A stretch of DNA of 64,000 bases from Candidatus Altimarinota bacterium (lineage in GTDB: Bacteria; Patescibacteriota; Gracilibacteria; UBA1369), in contig OY782391.1 in NCBI GenBank assembly GCA_963677745.1, positions 608,001 to 672,000 of the forward strand, written 5' to 3'. A model generated the notes under the pieces. That model was not told the origin of the DNA, did not search any database, and worked only from the letters and a program-made list of their open reading frames with translations. Shown here in pieces: positions 48,920-59,300 of this stretch. The translations under genes and the position numbers were made by a program. Positions within the stretch are counted from its first letter, which is position 1, and every line of letters starts with the position of its first letter.

Positions 48920-49279
48920 ATGCCCCCCAAAACCAATCACAAAAAGCCTCTTACAAAAGAGGATTTTCCTTTTTATATTATCAACCTGCAACGACACCTG
49001 GAGAGGATCTTTGATCTGTGGACTATCAAAAAACCTTCGCTCAAAATTCAATTTAAGCGCAGCCTGATTTTTGTTAGCTGCCTGGTCATCACCCTTTTCT
49101 GGCCGGTCAATAACCTCCTCACCAACCTTCTGATTCTTGTTCTGGCCTGGACGATACTCTGCCTTACCTCTCAACCGGTTTCACGCTGGCTGCTCATGTT
49201 AAACTTGATGCTTAACATCTCCTGGCTCTACTTCTTAATGAAATTTCTCTTGTCTCTGACCGGATCAGAACCTCTTTAA
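48920..49279 (+). CDS. Small membrane protein (3 TM), hypothetical
   Basis: Starts 5 nt after the antiporter; hydrophobic C-terminal half. Confidence 0.55.
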   Translation: MPPKTNHKKPLTKEDFPFYIINLQRHLERIFDLWTIKKPSLKIQFKRSLIFVSCLVITLFWPVNNLLTNLLILVLAWTILCLTSQPVSRWLLMLNLMLNISWLYFLMKFLLSLTGSEPL

Positions 49280-49284
49280 AGATT

Positions 49285-52200
49285 CTATTTCTGGTCTTTC
49301 TTTTCCTTATCATCATCCTTGCCCAGAACAAAGATATAAAGACCTCCGCCCACCATTACCAGCACCGTCAACAGACCAATCCAGAAGGGCCAGGGCTGCT
49401 TTGAAACGAACTCAGTAATCCCCTTGGTAACGGCTGTCACCGACTCCTTGCCTACTTCTGCCGCCGGTTTTTCCGGGCCAATCAACCCCAGGTCAAAATT
49501 GATCTTAATGGTTTTACTCATGGCATTGTCACGCTTTCTAACCGTCTGTACATACACGGTATGACGACCGGCTGACAACAGCGGTGCTTTCATATTAAAA
49601 ACGCCGTCAGTCGTATCCACAATCAAGGCAGAGGACACCACCAGACTCTGCCAGGTAACATTAACTTTACTGCCAAACTCGGAAAGAGTACCGGTCAAAA
49701 CCGGCCTGCCATCTTTCGAATCAATTTTCAAAACCACCTTCTTTACCAGCACTTCATCCGTAATCGGTACATTTTCCAGTTTTTCCGGTCTGGCCGCCGC
49801 CACCTCCAGGCTGCTGTCAATAATTATTTTGACGGGTTGTGAAACGTACACATCTCCCTTGTCTATGGCACGAGCCACCAGAAAATATGTTCCGTCCTTG
49901 ATTTCTATAGACGGGATATAAACAAAATTCCCCTTGGCGTCGGTCTGTGTTTCGCCCATCATCAACTCACTGCCAAATTCATTGCGCAACAACATCTGAA
50001 TTTTCACAATATTGTCACCGATACCGGCCGGACCTATTCCCCTGATCAAGGGTGAGGTATCCCCAACCACCTGTCCATACTGGAAATTATTAATAATAAC
50101 CTGAGTGTTGGCCTTCTCGCCGGGATCAAGCGCATCATTGGGATTGGACAAATATCCATACAACTCTTCACTATCGGTAAATCCATCCTGATCAGAATCA
50201 AGCCTGGTCGGATCGGTTGCATAAATATATTCGAGTTTATCGGCAACCCCGTCCCCATCCGTATCCTGCGAACCATCCTTAACCTGAATATTATATTTTA
50301 TTTCCCACTCATCGGATATTCCGTTGGAATTTTTATCTTCAGGTATTGAGGCTTTATCAAGAGGATCACTACCCTCTTTGATTTCATCCGCATCGCTAAA
50401 ATTGTCCTCATCAGAATCGTAAAGATTGGGATCGGTTTTAAATTTTAAAATTTCATCACCATCACTCACCCCATCCTCGTCGGTATCCACTTTATTGGGA
50501 TTGGTTTTATACTTAATTACTTCCTCACCATCCTGCAAAGCGTCCTCATCCGAGTCGGACAAAACCGGGCTGGTAAAATAAGTCAGATTTTCATCAACGT
50601 TTAACAGTCCGTCCGTGTCCGTATCGGCAGAAATACTGACGTCAATTTTCTTGTCTCTGATATAAGCGTTAAAACTGTCCAGATAGGCATTGACTTCAAC
50701 CAGCGTCGGATTGTCATCCGGCTTTAAATCACTGCCTGGTGTACAGTCTATCAACTCCAGTTCACAAACTTTGTTTAAAACTATCGGGTAATACCAGTGA
50801 GCATCATCCTGATCAGGCCGGACATCGGCAAAAGGCGTTTTTTGGGCTTTTATCAATTCCCAAGCCTGTTCAGTCAAAGCATGAGCTACCCTAATTGTTG
50901 AAAAAAGAGGAGTCGGTATATAAGACTGTAAAGCCTGGTTTTGAGACGCGCTCATTTTGGAAAGCAGGCTGGCGGCATAAATCTCCCTGTAAAAAAGCGA
51001 CGAATAGTCAATTTGCCCGGCTTTATAATCCGGACTGGATTTTTCCAGAAGGGCCAGAGCAACCGTCATTATTTTCAGGGCTTCTATCCTCAAAATCGGC
51101 TTCCCAGGGAGATAAGGACTGTTCTCAATTCCATAGAACCCCTGTACCAGACCAATCAAGGCCATATTATTGATAATTTTTTCCTCGGGAAGACCGGCCG
51201 TATCCGGAAACAAATTTAACGGATCCAGACTTAATTTTGGATTACGGCTATACATTCTAAAAATAGTGGTACAGTTTTCCAAATCAGCATAACACTTGTC
51301 CAGTAATGGCTTGCGAAGTTCCAAGATATTCATCTTTTCGGCAATCATTTTTACAATGGCCGATCTGGAAGTCCCTCCCGCCGGAGTCGTCAGTTCTTTC
51401 TCGGTAAAGACTTCAGACAAGGGCTTAACTTCGGACAGAGATACCGGTTTTTCCAGAGGTGCATATAATTCGCTTTCAGTTGGAATCTCGGGAATGGTCG
51501 GTTCCTCAGTCAAAACGTTTTCCGGCGTTTGGGAACTGGAAGGCAACTGATCGGGAGTCTGTGAACCGGAAATCACCACCTCGGGATTCTCAGCCGGCAC
51601 CTCGGAAGTGGACTCGGAAGGCTGATCAGTCGTTGGTTCGTCCGGAGGGATCTCCTCAGAAAGCGTCTGTTCGGGAGGTGGTTCCTCGGTAGGGGGAATT
51701 TCTTCAATGATTGGTTCAACCGGAAGCTCTTCCGGAGGAATAATTTCCTCGGGAGGAATGTCTTCTGCCGGAGGAGGCGTTTCTTCTTCCGGGGGAATGG
51801 TTTCTTCTGGCGGAGTTGTTTCTTCTTCTGGCGGCGTTATTTCTTCTTCCGGGGGGGGGACCTCTTCCTCCGGCGGAGTAACCGGCGGCTCAACATAAAT
51901 AACTGTCCCGCCTCCTCCCCCACCGCTTCTGCCGATATCTATCAGTGCAGGAGTAGAGTCAGCTCCTGCATAATTGGCATAAACTCTCACCCGATACCTC
52001 GACACGCCCAAAGAATCCTCTGGATACAACCATCCTGTTTCCGTCGTAATACTTGCCGCCAAAGTACCATCGAGATCGCCATCAATATCATCCGTCACTC
52101 TCCAATGTACAATTGGATCACAATTGGCCAAGGTTGGATCAATAAGCGGATCGCAATTAAATATCCTGTCAGGGATGGTCGTTCCTGGATAATCATAATG

Positions 52201-52422
52201 AGCGGTTAGAGTAAAATATCTTTTATGTGTTATCCCCTCAATAATCGTTATTCCGGTCGGAGAAACCTCCATCGAAGTCGGTTTCAATCTTAAATCAATC
52301 TCAACACGTGTTTCCTCTGCTTTAACCACCGCCGGCACAATCAACAAAAAACATATCGCCATTAACGATATTCTGGAAATGAACGCGGAATTTTTATTTT
52401 TGTTCATGAACCACACCACCAT
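49285..52422 (-). CDS. Large surface protein: Pro/Glu repeats, SLH-like repeats, D-x-D-x-DG Ca-binding repeats, Ig-like domains, C-terminal TM anchor
   Basis: Signal peptide (..VVKA); PPEEE repeats; FPD...GLVQG...P...R-x-EA and FADV..HWY; about seven D(T/S)D-x-D(G/A/N) units; TM followed by a charged tail. Confidence 0.85.
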   Translation of the reverse strand: MVVWFMNKNKNSAFISRISLMAICFLLIVPAVVKAEETRVEIDLRLKPTSMEVSPTGITIIEGITHKRYFTLTAHYDYPGTTIPDRIFNCDPLIDPTLANCDPIVHWRVTDDIDGDLDGTLAASITTETGWLYPEDSLGVSRYRVRVYANYAGADSTPALIDIGRSGGGGGGTVIYVEPPVTPPEEEVPPPEEEITPPEEETTPPEETIPPEEETPPPAEDIPPEEIIPPEELPVEPIIEEIPPTEEPPPEQTLSEEIPPDEPTTDQPSESTSEVPAENPEVVISGSQTPDQLPSSSQTPENVLTEEPTIPEIPTESELYAPLEKPVSLSEVKPLSEVFTEKELTTPAGGTSRSAIVKMIAEKMNILELRKPLLDKCYADLENCTTIFRMYSRNPKLSLDPLNLFPDTAGLPEEKIINNMALIGLVQGFYGIENSPYLPGKPILRIEALKIMTVALALLEKSSPDYKAGQIDYSSLFYREIYAASLLSKMSASQNQALQSYIPTPLFSTIRVAHALTEQAWELIKAQKTPFADVRPDQDDAHWYYPIVLNKVCELELIDCTPGSDLKPDDNPTLVEVNAYLDSFNAYIRDKKIDVSISADTDTDGLLNVDENLTYFTSPVLSDSDEDALQDGEEVIKYKTNPNKVDTDEDGVSDGDEILKFKTDPNLYDSDEDNFSDADEIKEGSDPLDKASIPEDKNSNGISDEWEIKYNIQVKDGSQDTDGDGVADKLEYIYATDPTRLDSDQDGFTDSEELYGYLSNPNDALDPGEKANTQVIINNFQYGQVVGDTSPLIRGIGPAGIGDNIVKIQMLLRNEFGSELMMGETQTDAKGNFVYIPSIEIKDGTYFLVARAIDKGDVYVSQPVKIIIDSSLEVAAARPEKLENVPITDEVLVKKVVLKIDSKDGRPVLTGTLSEFGSKVNVTWQSLVVSSALIVDTTDGVFNMKAPLLSAGRHTVYVQTVRKRDNAMSKTIKINFDLGLIGPEKPAAEVGKESVTAVTKGITEFVSKQPWPFWIGLLTVLVMVGGGLYIFVLGKDDDKEKKDQK
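51660..51890 (-). repeat. Tandem 18-21 bp coding repeats (PPEEE-x-x)
   Basis: Repeated TTCTTC(T/C)GG units encoding PPEEEV/PPEEEI/PPEEET/PPEETI. Confidence 0.8.
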
Positions 52423-52475
52423 TATTTTTGTTTTGTTGTTTATATTTTAGCACAGCCGGCGAACAGAATAAACCT

Positions 52476-54983
52476 CTAAGCAGCATTTTGATAGTCACAG
52501 CCCTGTTTTTCGATTTCTTTGAACCTGTCGCCAAAAATCTGTGGGGGGAAATACATCGAAAACAAAAGAGGCCAAGCCCTCTGGCTTTTATAGACATCAT
52601 GAGACCGGTCCGTATAAGCGGAAAGAGCGAGTAAAATTTCTTTCAAAGTCATACACTTGGTCTCCAGCATCGGATGCGTTACAAAAATTTTGTCCCCCGG
52701 CCCGTGGACGGGATAGGCCGTACGCCCGGTATGGGCAAACTCCTGATTTTCCTTAAACTTTCCGGTGGACTTGGTCCCCTTGGAAACTTTGTTTTTATAA
52801 GTGATATGACGATCCTCCTTATTATCCTCCACCTTTATCAACCCGAACGGATAATTGTCATAAATATAGGTACTGAAAGCGTCCAGGTCCTGTGGGTTTT
52901 TAAATACCCACATCCAGCGGTGCACATCGGACACCTCTTTTCCCCGGTCGGTACTGATTACTCTGGTCAACTCATCCTTAACGTGTATCAAATGGTTATC
53001 ACCGGTATAAACCAGCGCTACAACCTCACGGAATTGCTTGCGGAAAACCCGTTCTTTTTTATCCCAGACCAGCAAGGGAATGCGCATCCTGACCATTTTA
53101 AAATGCTTCTGTTCTTCAGTAGATAAAACTTTGTATTCCTTGCCTTTCCAGGAAAGATTTTGCAAAGTCGGTTCCTCAAAAATCTTTTTGGAAAGATCCT
53201 GATCTAATCCTTCGGCAAACTCCAGCAGATCATTATTGTTTAAAGCCCACTCATAACGAGGCGGTTTGGTTTCCTGACCTTTTTCATCCAGCTGCACCAG
53301 CACCCTGAAATTGACATCCAGATCTTTAATTACCTCTATCTGTAAACGCTGTTTTTCATTTTCCTCCATCCAGTCGCGCTGTACCTCTGCCTCTGCAAAT
53401 TCCTGGGAACTGAGCTGGTTAAGAACGTTTAAAAAATCTCTCAAAAAAGCCCCGCTCATATAGGTTATCTGATCATCGGGCAAATCTTTAAAATCAGGAT
53501 TTTCCTTCCTGAATTGATCCGGATAAATAAACCATTCCATTAACTTCAGCGGGTCGGTACAAAGAAGAATCGGCTTGGGATAGGTACAGGCGGTTTTAGC
53601 TTCTGAGTCCAGACGATAATAAAGCGCGTCCCCGATGGTAATTCTGAATTTGTCAGCCGCCTTGGCCAGATAAAACCTGAAATGATTTTTTACCGCCTCG
53701 TCGGACAGGTCGGGATAGGCCACCGAGGCTTTAAGTCCGAGCAACTCTCGCACTTTTTCCATATAAAGTTTGGGGTCTTTGTAGCTTGTTTCCACCAAAT
53801 CCTTGGCAAATTTTATCAGCAAGACGGTATAATTGGTTTTTCCCTGAGTGCTGGGATCAAGTATTTGCTGAAACAGATCGGTTATCCTCAGATTTTCCTT
53901 TTTAGATAATTGCTTTTTTGAATAAAACTTCATAATGGCCCGGGCAATATGCCTGTCATAAAAAGCTTTAACGTCAAACCCCGGCTCATAAAAAAGTTTT
54001 TCCCCGCCTTCAACACGTGGGGTTTCATTTATAACGCCTGTAACGCTGTTGCCGGTCGCGTCAATCAAGCCTTCTACCCGCAACTCCTCATGATGCTTGG
54101 CCATTTCACGACTCTCTTCGTATAACAAATCATACAAAGACTGCCCCCCGATTCTGGCAATTGAAGCCTTTTGTTTATCCAGATATTCCATCAAATCAAG
54201 AAATTTTCTGTGATTAAAACCCATTCTCTTTTTAGTTTTGTCCGGCGCGATGATCGGACCCATCAAGGATTCCAGGACAAAGTCCTTATTATTTTCCGCA
54301 AATTTCTCCCGATAGGCATCCGCGGCGATTTGCTCAACACTGTCATTAATTTTCTGTACAATTTTCTCCCTTAAATTTGTCATTTTGTGCTGACCGTTGC
54401 CGTTTTGTTCGGAAAACTTTATGGTTAAAAGTTTTTTCAGGTCAAGCATCGGCCTCAGCTTCTTTTGATCAACCAAGAAACGGTAAACCGTGGCCGTTTG
54501 CTGTAATTTATTTTCATCCAGAAAACTCCGGACTTTTGCCAGCACCAGCATTTCCACCTTTCTTAACTGTTCATCGGGAACCGGATTTACCGGTCTGGGA
54601 ATTTGGAGTTCAATTTTGGCCAGATCCCTGTCCAAAGTACCTAACAATTCCTCGGCTAAACCGTCATCACGAAAACGTTCGACAAACTCCGGCAGACTGA
54701 CTTTGTATTCCTGAAACACCTCTTTCACCATAATTTTTATAATATCGCTGAAAGACGTGCTTCCCTGTGAAGCCCCGGCAGCCTGTTTCATTGCCAGATC
54801 AATTCCGTCAAATTCCCTCTCCCTTACTTCCCCGGGCAGACTCCCTTCCGGCTTTCTTCTGCGTGATTCCGCACCAATGCCGTTAACAAGAGCCATATAA
54901 CGATGTTCCACTCCACCATTAACAGAACCGACATCCGGAATTTCATTTTCAACCGATAAATCAGCCGTCTCTAAATTCATCAA
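52476..54983 (-). CDS. Large cytoplasmic protein with a degenerate RelA/SpoT-synthetase-like C-terminal domain
   Basis: 835-aa ORF; ordered motif remnants HVK...D-x2-R...LETKCMT...SHDVYK. The ORF is secure; the domain call is tentative. Confidence 0.55.
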   Translation of the reverse strand: MMNLETADLSVENEIPDVGSVNGGVEHRYMALVNGIGAESRRRKPEGSLPGEVREREFDGIDLAMKQAAGASQGSTSFSDIIKIMVKEVFQEYKVSLPEFVERFRDDGLAEELLGTLDRDLAKIELQIPRPVNPVPDEQLRKVEMLVLAKVRSFLDENKLQQTATVYRFLVDQKKLRPMLDLKKLLTIKFSEQNGNGQHKMTNLREKIVQKINDSVEQIAADAYREKFAENNKDFVLESLMGPIIAPDKTKKRMGFNHRKFLDLMEYLDKQKASIARIGGQSLYDLLYEESREMAKHHEELRVEGLIDATGNSVTGVINETPRVEGGEKLFYEPGFDVKAFYDRHIARAIMKFYSKKQLSKKENLRITDLFQQILDPSTQGKTNYTVLLIKFAKDLVETSYKDPKLYMEKVRELLGLKASVAYPDLSDEAVKNHFRFYLAKAADKFRITIGDALYYRLDSEAKTACTYPKPILLCTDPLKLMEWFIYPDQFRKENPDFKDLPDDQITYMSGAFLRDFLNVLNQLSSQEFAEAEVQRDWMEENEKQRLQIEVIKDLDVNFRVLVQLDEKGQETKPPRYEWALNNNDLLEFAEGLDQDLSKKIFEEPTLQNLSWKGKEYKVLSTEEQKHFKMVRMRIPLLVWDKKERVFRKQFREVVALVYTGDNHLIHVKDELTRVISTDRGKEVSDVHRWMWVFKNPQDLDAFSTYIYDNYPFGLIKVEDNKEDRHITYKNKVSKGTKSTGKFKENQEFAHTGRTAYPVHGPGDKIFVTHPMLETKCMTLKEILLALSAYTDRSHDVYKSQRAWPLLFSMYFPPQIFGDRFKEIEKQGCDYQNAA

Positions 54984-55086
54984 TTCACAAATAAATTACA
55001 ACATCTTTTCATTTTAGCACAAAACAGCTTACTCAACTAGAATTTTCTGTAAAGATAATCTGTAAAAATAGGCCTCGCCCTATCTT

Positions 55087-55115
55087 TTGACCCAAAAGGT
55101 GTTTTGAGGTATAAT
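55087..55115 (+). promoter_or_regulatory. Sigma-70 promoter of the WxL-like operon
   Basis: TTGACC-17 nt-TATAAT. Confidence 0.75.
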
Positions 55116-55153
55116 TCATAGATATTTCTACGCATGAGACTTACTCTTATCAA

Positions 55154-56308
55154 ATGCCAAAAATAAAAACCAAATTAGTCGCAACCTTTCTTCTTGCATT
55201 GATTGTCCTTCCGCAAGCGGTTTTTGCCAATTCCCTGATTGTCTCAACTGTAAAAAATCCCGACCCGTACAGTGGAAACTCCAGCTGGTTCCGTTATTAC
55301 GAATATCCGGGAACAACCGTCAAAGATTCCATTATCCTCCGCAACATCGGCAAACAGGCCGAATCAGTCAAGTTATACGCGGCCGACGCAACTTCCAACG
55401 ATGCCGGAAGTTTTTCTCCAAAGATGGAAAACGATGACCAAAAAGGCATAGGCGTATGGACGACTCTTTCTAAAAAAGAAGTAACACTTACCCCCGGTCA
55501 AAGCGAAGAAATCAGCTTTGAAATAAAAATCCCCCAGGAAATCACGCCGGGCCAATACTTTGGAAGTATTATTTATGAAGAAAGCGGAAGCAGCTCCTGT
55601 GGCCCCAATGAAAACGTTTCCGGCTTCTGCACGGGAAACATTCAAATCAAAACCAGAAGCGGCAATCGCGTTTATCTGACCATCCCCGGAGAAGCCAGAC
55701 ACGATATAAAAATGCTGGATTTCAAATGGAAAAAATCAAAAAAGAACAGCGTGTATTTTTCTTTCAGTTTCACCAATAACGGTAACGTCGCCTTCGAACC
55801 TAAAGCAATTATCAGCATTTACAACAGTTTGGGGAAAAAGATTGATACCATCGAGACAAAACTGGGAAAGTCGCTGCCCAACACTTCAATGAATCCTTCG
55901 GTCGAATGGAATTATAAGGAAAACTGGGGAGATTTCACCGCCAAAGCGGAAATATACTATCTGGAAGATAATCAGGGTCGGGTAGACAGCCTGCGTGGCA
56001 CGGTCCTGAGTGAGAAAAAACAAATAAATTTCTATGTGATCCCCTGGACCGGCGTAATCTATGCTCTGGTAATTATTTTAATAATCGGGGGAGCCATTAG
56101 TGCCCACTATCTCTTTTATCTTCGTATTAATAAAACAGCCATCAGATACACGGTAAAAAAAGATGAAAATCTGATTGATCTGGCCGAAACCTACAACACC
56201 AGATGGCAGATCATCGCCCATATCAACAAGCTGAGACCACCGTATGTAATCACTGAAAACCAGGTGATCAAAATCCCCCATAGCTCCGCCCAAAAAAATG
56301 AAAAATAA
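55154..56308 (+). CDS. DUF916/DUF3324-like (WxL-interacting) protein with TM anchor and C-terminal LysM domain
   Basis: Signal peptide; WF-x-Y..PG...D-x-I...N...YA-x-DA...G-x-W...V-x-L-x-PG...IP...PG-x-Y-x-G; N-x-GNV; TM; YTVKK-x-ENL..LA..Y...I...N-x-L...I...Q-x-IKIP. Confidence 0.82.
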   Translation: MPKIKTKLVATFLLALIVLPQAVFANSLIVSTVKNPDPYSGNSSWFRYYEYPGTTVKDSIILRNIGKQAESVKLYAADATSNDAGSFSPKMENDDQKGIGVWTTLSKKEVTLTPGQSEEISFEIKIPQEITPGQYFGSIIYEESGSSSCGPNENVSGFCTGNIQIKTRSGNRVYLTIPGEARHDIKMLDFKWKKSKKNSVYFSFSFTNNGNVAFEPKAIISIYNSLGKKIDTIETKLGKSLPNTSMNPSVEWNYKENWGDFTAKAEIYYLEDNQGRVDSLRGTVLSEKKQINFYVIPWTGVIYALVIILIIGGAISAHYLFYLRINKTAIRYTVKKDENLIDLAETYNTRWQIIAHINKLRPPYVITENQVIKIPHSSAQKNEK

Positions 56309-59300
56309 ACAAGGCTTAAAATTCATCAGTTTTGCAACGCTGCTAACAAGCGTCCTTTCACTGTTACTGGGTAACCAGACCCCGAATATCCAGACCGCAC
56401 AGGCCGCAATCAGTCCCAACGAGGACTCGGTGGCAATTGTCGATCTGATCGATAATCCCGCAGGCGGTATTACTATCAGAGATATCAGCTCCGACATTGA
56501 TAAGGACGGAAACCAATATTACACTTGGGTAACCGACGAACCGGGAAGCTGTCACGGCCTGTATTATCAGGTCTTTAACAAAGCGGCAGTCCCCGTTACG
56601 CAGGCTACGCAAATCGACACCGGCTGTGCGGGTGCATATAATTTTTTCAATCCTGACATCTATACGGCCGCCGACCCGTCGGGAAATTATTCAATAGATC
56701 ATTTTGCGATTGTCTATAACAAATATACGCAAGCCACCGGCTCACATGCCATACGTGTGCTGTCGTATAACAGATCATATGGTCAATATGTAGCAGGTTT
56801 TGGGGTCGACAGCGGACTAATCCTGGACGAAACCGCCCAGCCGCGTATCGCTGGAGATTACCTGGGAGAAAAAGTGGGAATAACTTTTACGGCTCGTGAT
56901 TTTGTAGGCAGTAATCTGCACAATGTATATTTTCAGGGGTATGATCTAGACTTCACACCCATGCACGGCTCCAACCTGCTCGTCAACTCCGTCACTGCGG
57001 GAAACCAGGCAGACCCCGCCATCAGTTTTTCCGGAGAACATTTTATGGTTACTTTCAGCGAAACCGATACTAATCCCACCCCTAACACATATGTAAAAGC
57101 CAGGGCGATCAATTACACGGCAAACAACCTCTCCGCTGAAATCACAGTGGAGGCGGCAACCAATCCCACCATGGCCAATTTCAGCGACGTTGCAGGCATG
57201 CTGGACAATGATTACACAGCCAATCCGCTGATTGAGCATTTTTATGTAACCTACGTATATCATTTTGCCAATGCCGACACTGAAATCCGTCTCAAAAAGA
57301 TCTATTGCCAATACGATTCGGGTAATCCTGGCAGCTATAACTGTAACCTTACCTCCCGGGAAGGAGAACCGATCTATTCACGCGTTAACTCGTCAGGAGT
57401 ACAAAATTCAAAACCAGCGATAACATCTTTTAAAAACACAACCGACATTAAAAGATTTTCTCCCAACGAAAACACCAATATTGACGTCCTGACAGTTGCC
57501 TGGATCAGTAACTATAACGGTACTTTCAACCTGAAGGCACAAAACTACACTGACACGCTCGCCAAAACCGGGGGAGAAATAAGCGTAGCGGACAACATAT
57601 ATGAAAGCTCCGGCATATCCATATCATCCAGCCGTGACGGATTTTACGGAATAACTTTTAAATATAATTCCCCTACTCTGGACAACCACGCCAAACTCTA
57701 TCCGAGCATGTACCTGAAACGCGGCGTCGAAAGGCAGGTCAATGCCCCTGACTCCAGCGCCCAGGAAAACGTCAAAGTGGCAAAGAACAGTGACGGGAAA
57801 TATGTTGTCACCTACCAAAGTTTTAATGGTGCGGATTATGACGTGATTTACGCTCTCTATGATCAATATGGGAACGCTATTAAAAACACCACTCTGGCTA
57901 ATCAGACTACAGGTGACGACCAGACTAACCCACAGGTAGCTTTCTGGAACGAAGACAGCACCTCGGGCGATTATGGAAAATTCATTATTTCCTGGGAAGG
58001 TGCCGGCGCAACCGACGCCGACGGAATTTACTATCGGATTTTCAACGCCGACGGGACTCCCAATTCTGACGAAACTTTGGTCAACCAGAATACCGGCCTG
58101 GCGCAATCGGAAGCTTCCCTGTCCACCGGAAAGTTCGGCCAATTTGCTGTAGTTTACAAAGAATCCTCTTCCATCATCCTCTTCTACAAAAACGGGACAA
58201 ATAACATTTACCAAACCGTCTTCAGCGGCACAGCTCCCTACAACCCCCTTGTTGCATTAAGCAGAATGGCAGACGGCAGCACCGGGTCCTCGGGGACAAG
58301 CAAATTTGTAATCACTTGGGACGAGTCAGCGCTGGCCAGGTCACTGGTGGAGGGATACTTAAACAGCTCCAGCACTGCCCACCTGAATTCCAGCCAGTCT
58401 CAAACCGAACGTACCCTCAAACTGGAAGGTGGATATAATAGTGCCAACGCTACCTTTACACCTGCCCAGGACAATTTTTATTATGTCAGATACGTCTACC
58501 TGCCGGGCGCCCCCCCTACTGCCGGAATAAAAATAAACTTCTTTGGAAACTCAACTCCAATCAATATAAGCACTTCAGCAGATGAAGGTATTAATGACGT
58601 TTCCATTGATCCGGCTACCCAGAATATCTTCACCATCGGACAACGGAACGCCGGTTATTCAGTCGATAACGAACAGGTATTGCTTTTTCCTTCCGATGCT
58701 CCAAGCAACCTGGCCGCCGCAGAACACATTACTGACGAAGACCTTTTGGTTGAAGCAGACGTACTTGAAGGTCATGGACAATATATCTTCATAGAAAACG
58801 CCACCGGAGGTTTCCCTAATGGCACAAGAATCGGAGAATACATACTCGAGTTCATCTACCGGGACACTGTGGTCTATGACGATATCGGAACGGTAACCGG
58901 TAATTTCCTTCAATATTCGGTAAACACGGGAACCAACATGCCGCAGTGGACCAAGTCCGGGCCAGCCTTCGCCATTAATCACTACAATTATTACGGACAA
59001 ACCTTCGGCAGTTACGATGCCGCATACGACACCAGACCTACCGACAGTGACGGAAAGTTTATCGCCACTGCCTATTCGACCGTCAGCTCACCCGATTATC
59101 CGGACGCCAATGGGGTCCTTCAACAAATGATCGACGATCCGTTTTCAGTCGGAACAAAAGAAGACCTTACCCCGGTTACCGAACAACAGGTTAACCCGGG
59201 AGGACGTTATATTATAGTTCCGAACACCATCGATTTCGGTTCTTTATTGAGAAACACCACTGGAACTGTCGACTTCGCAACCCTTACCCCGGACTGTGTA

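Noticed and set aside
51660-51890. Short tandem repeats as a CRISPR array
   Set aside because: In-frame coding repeats without unique spacers; no cas genes.
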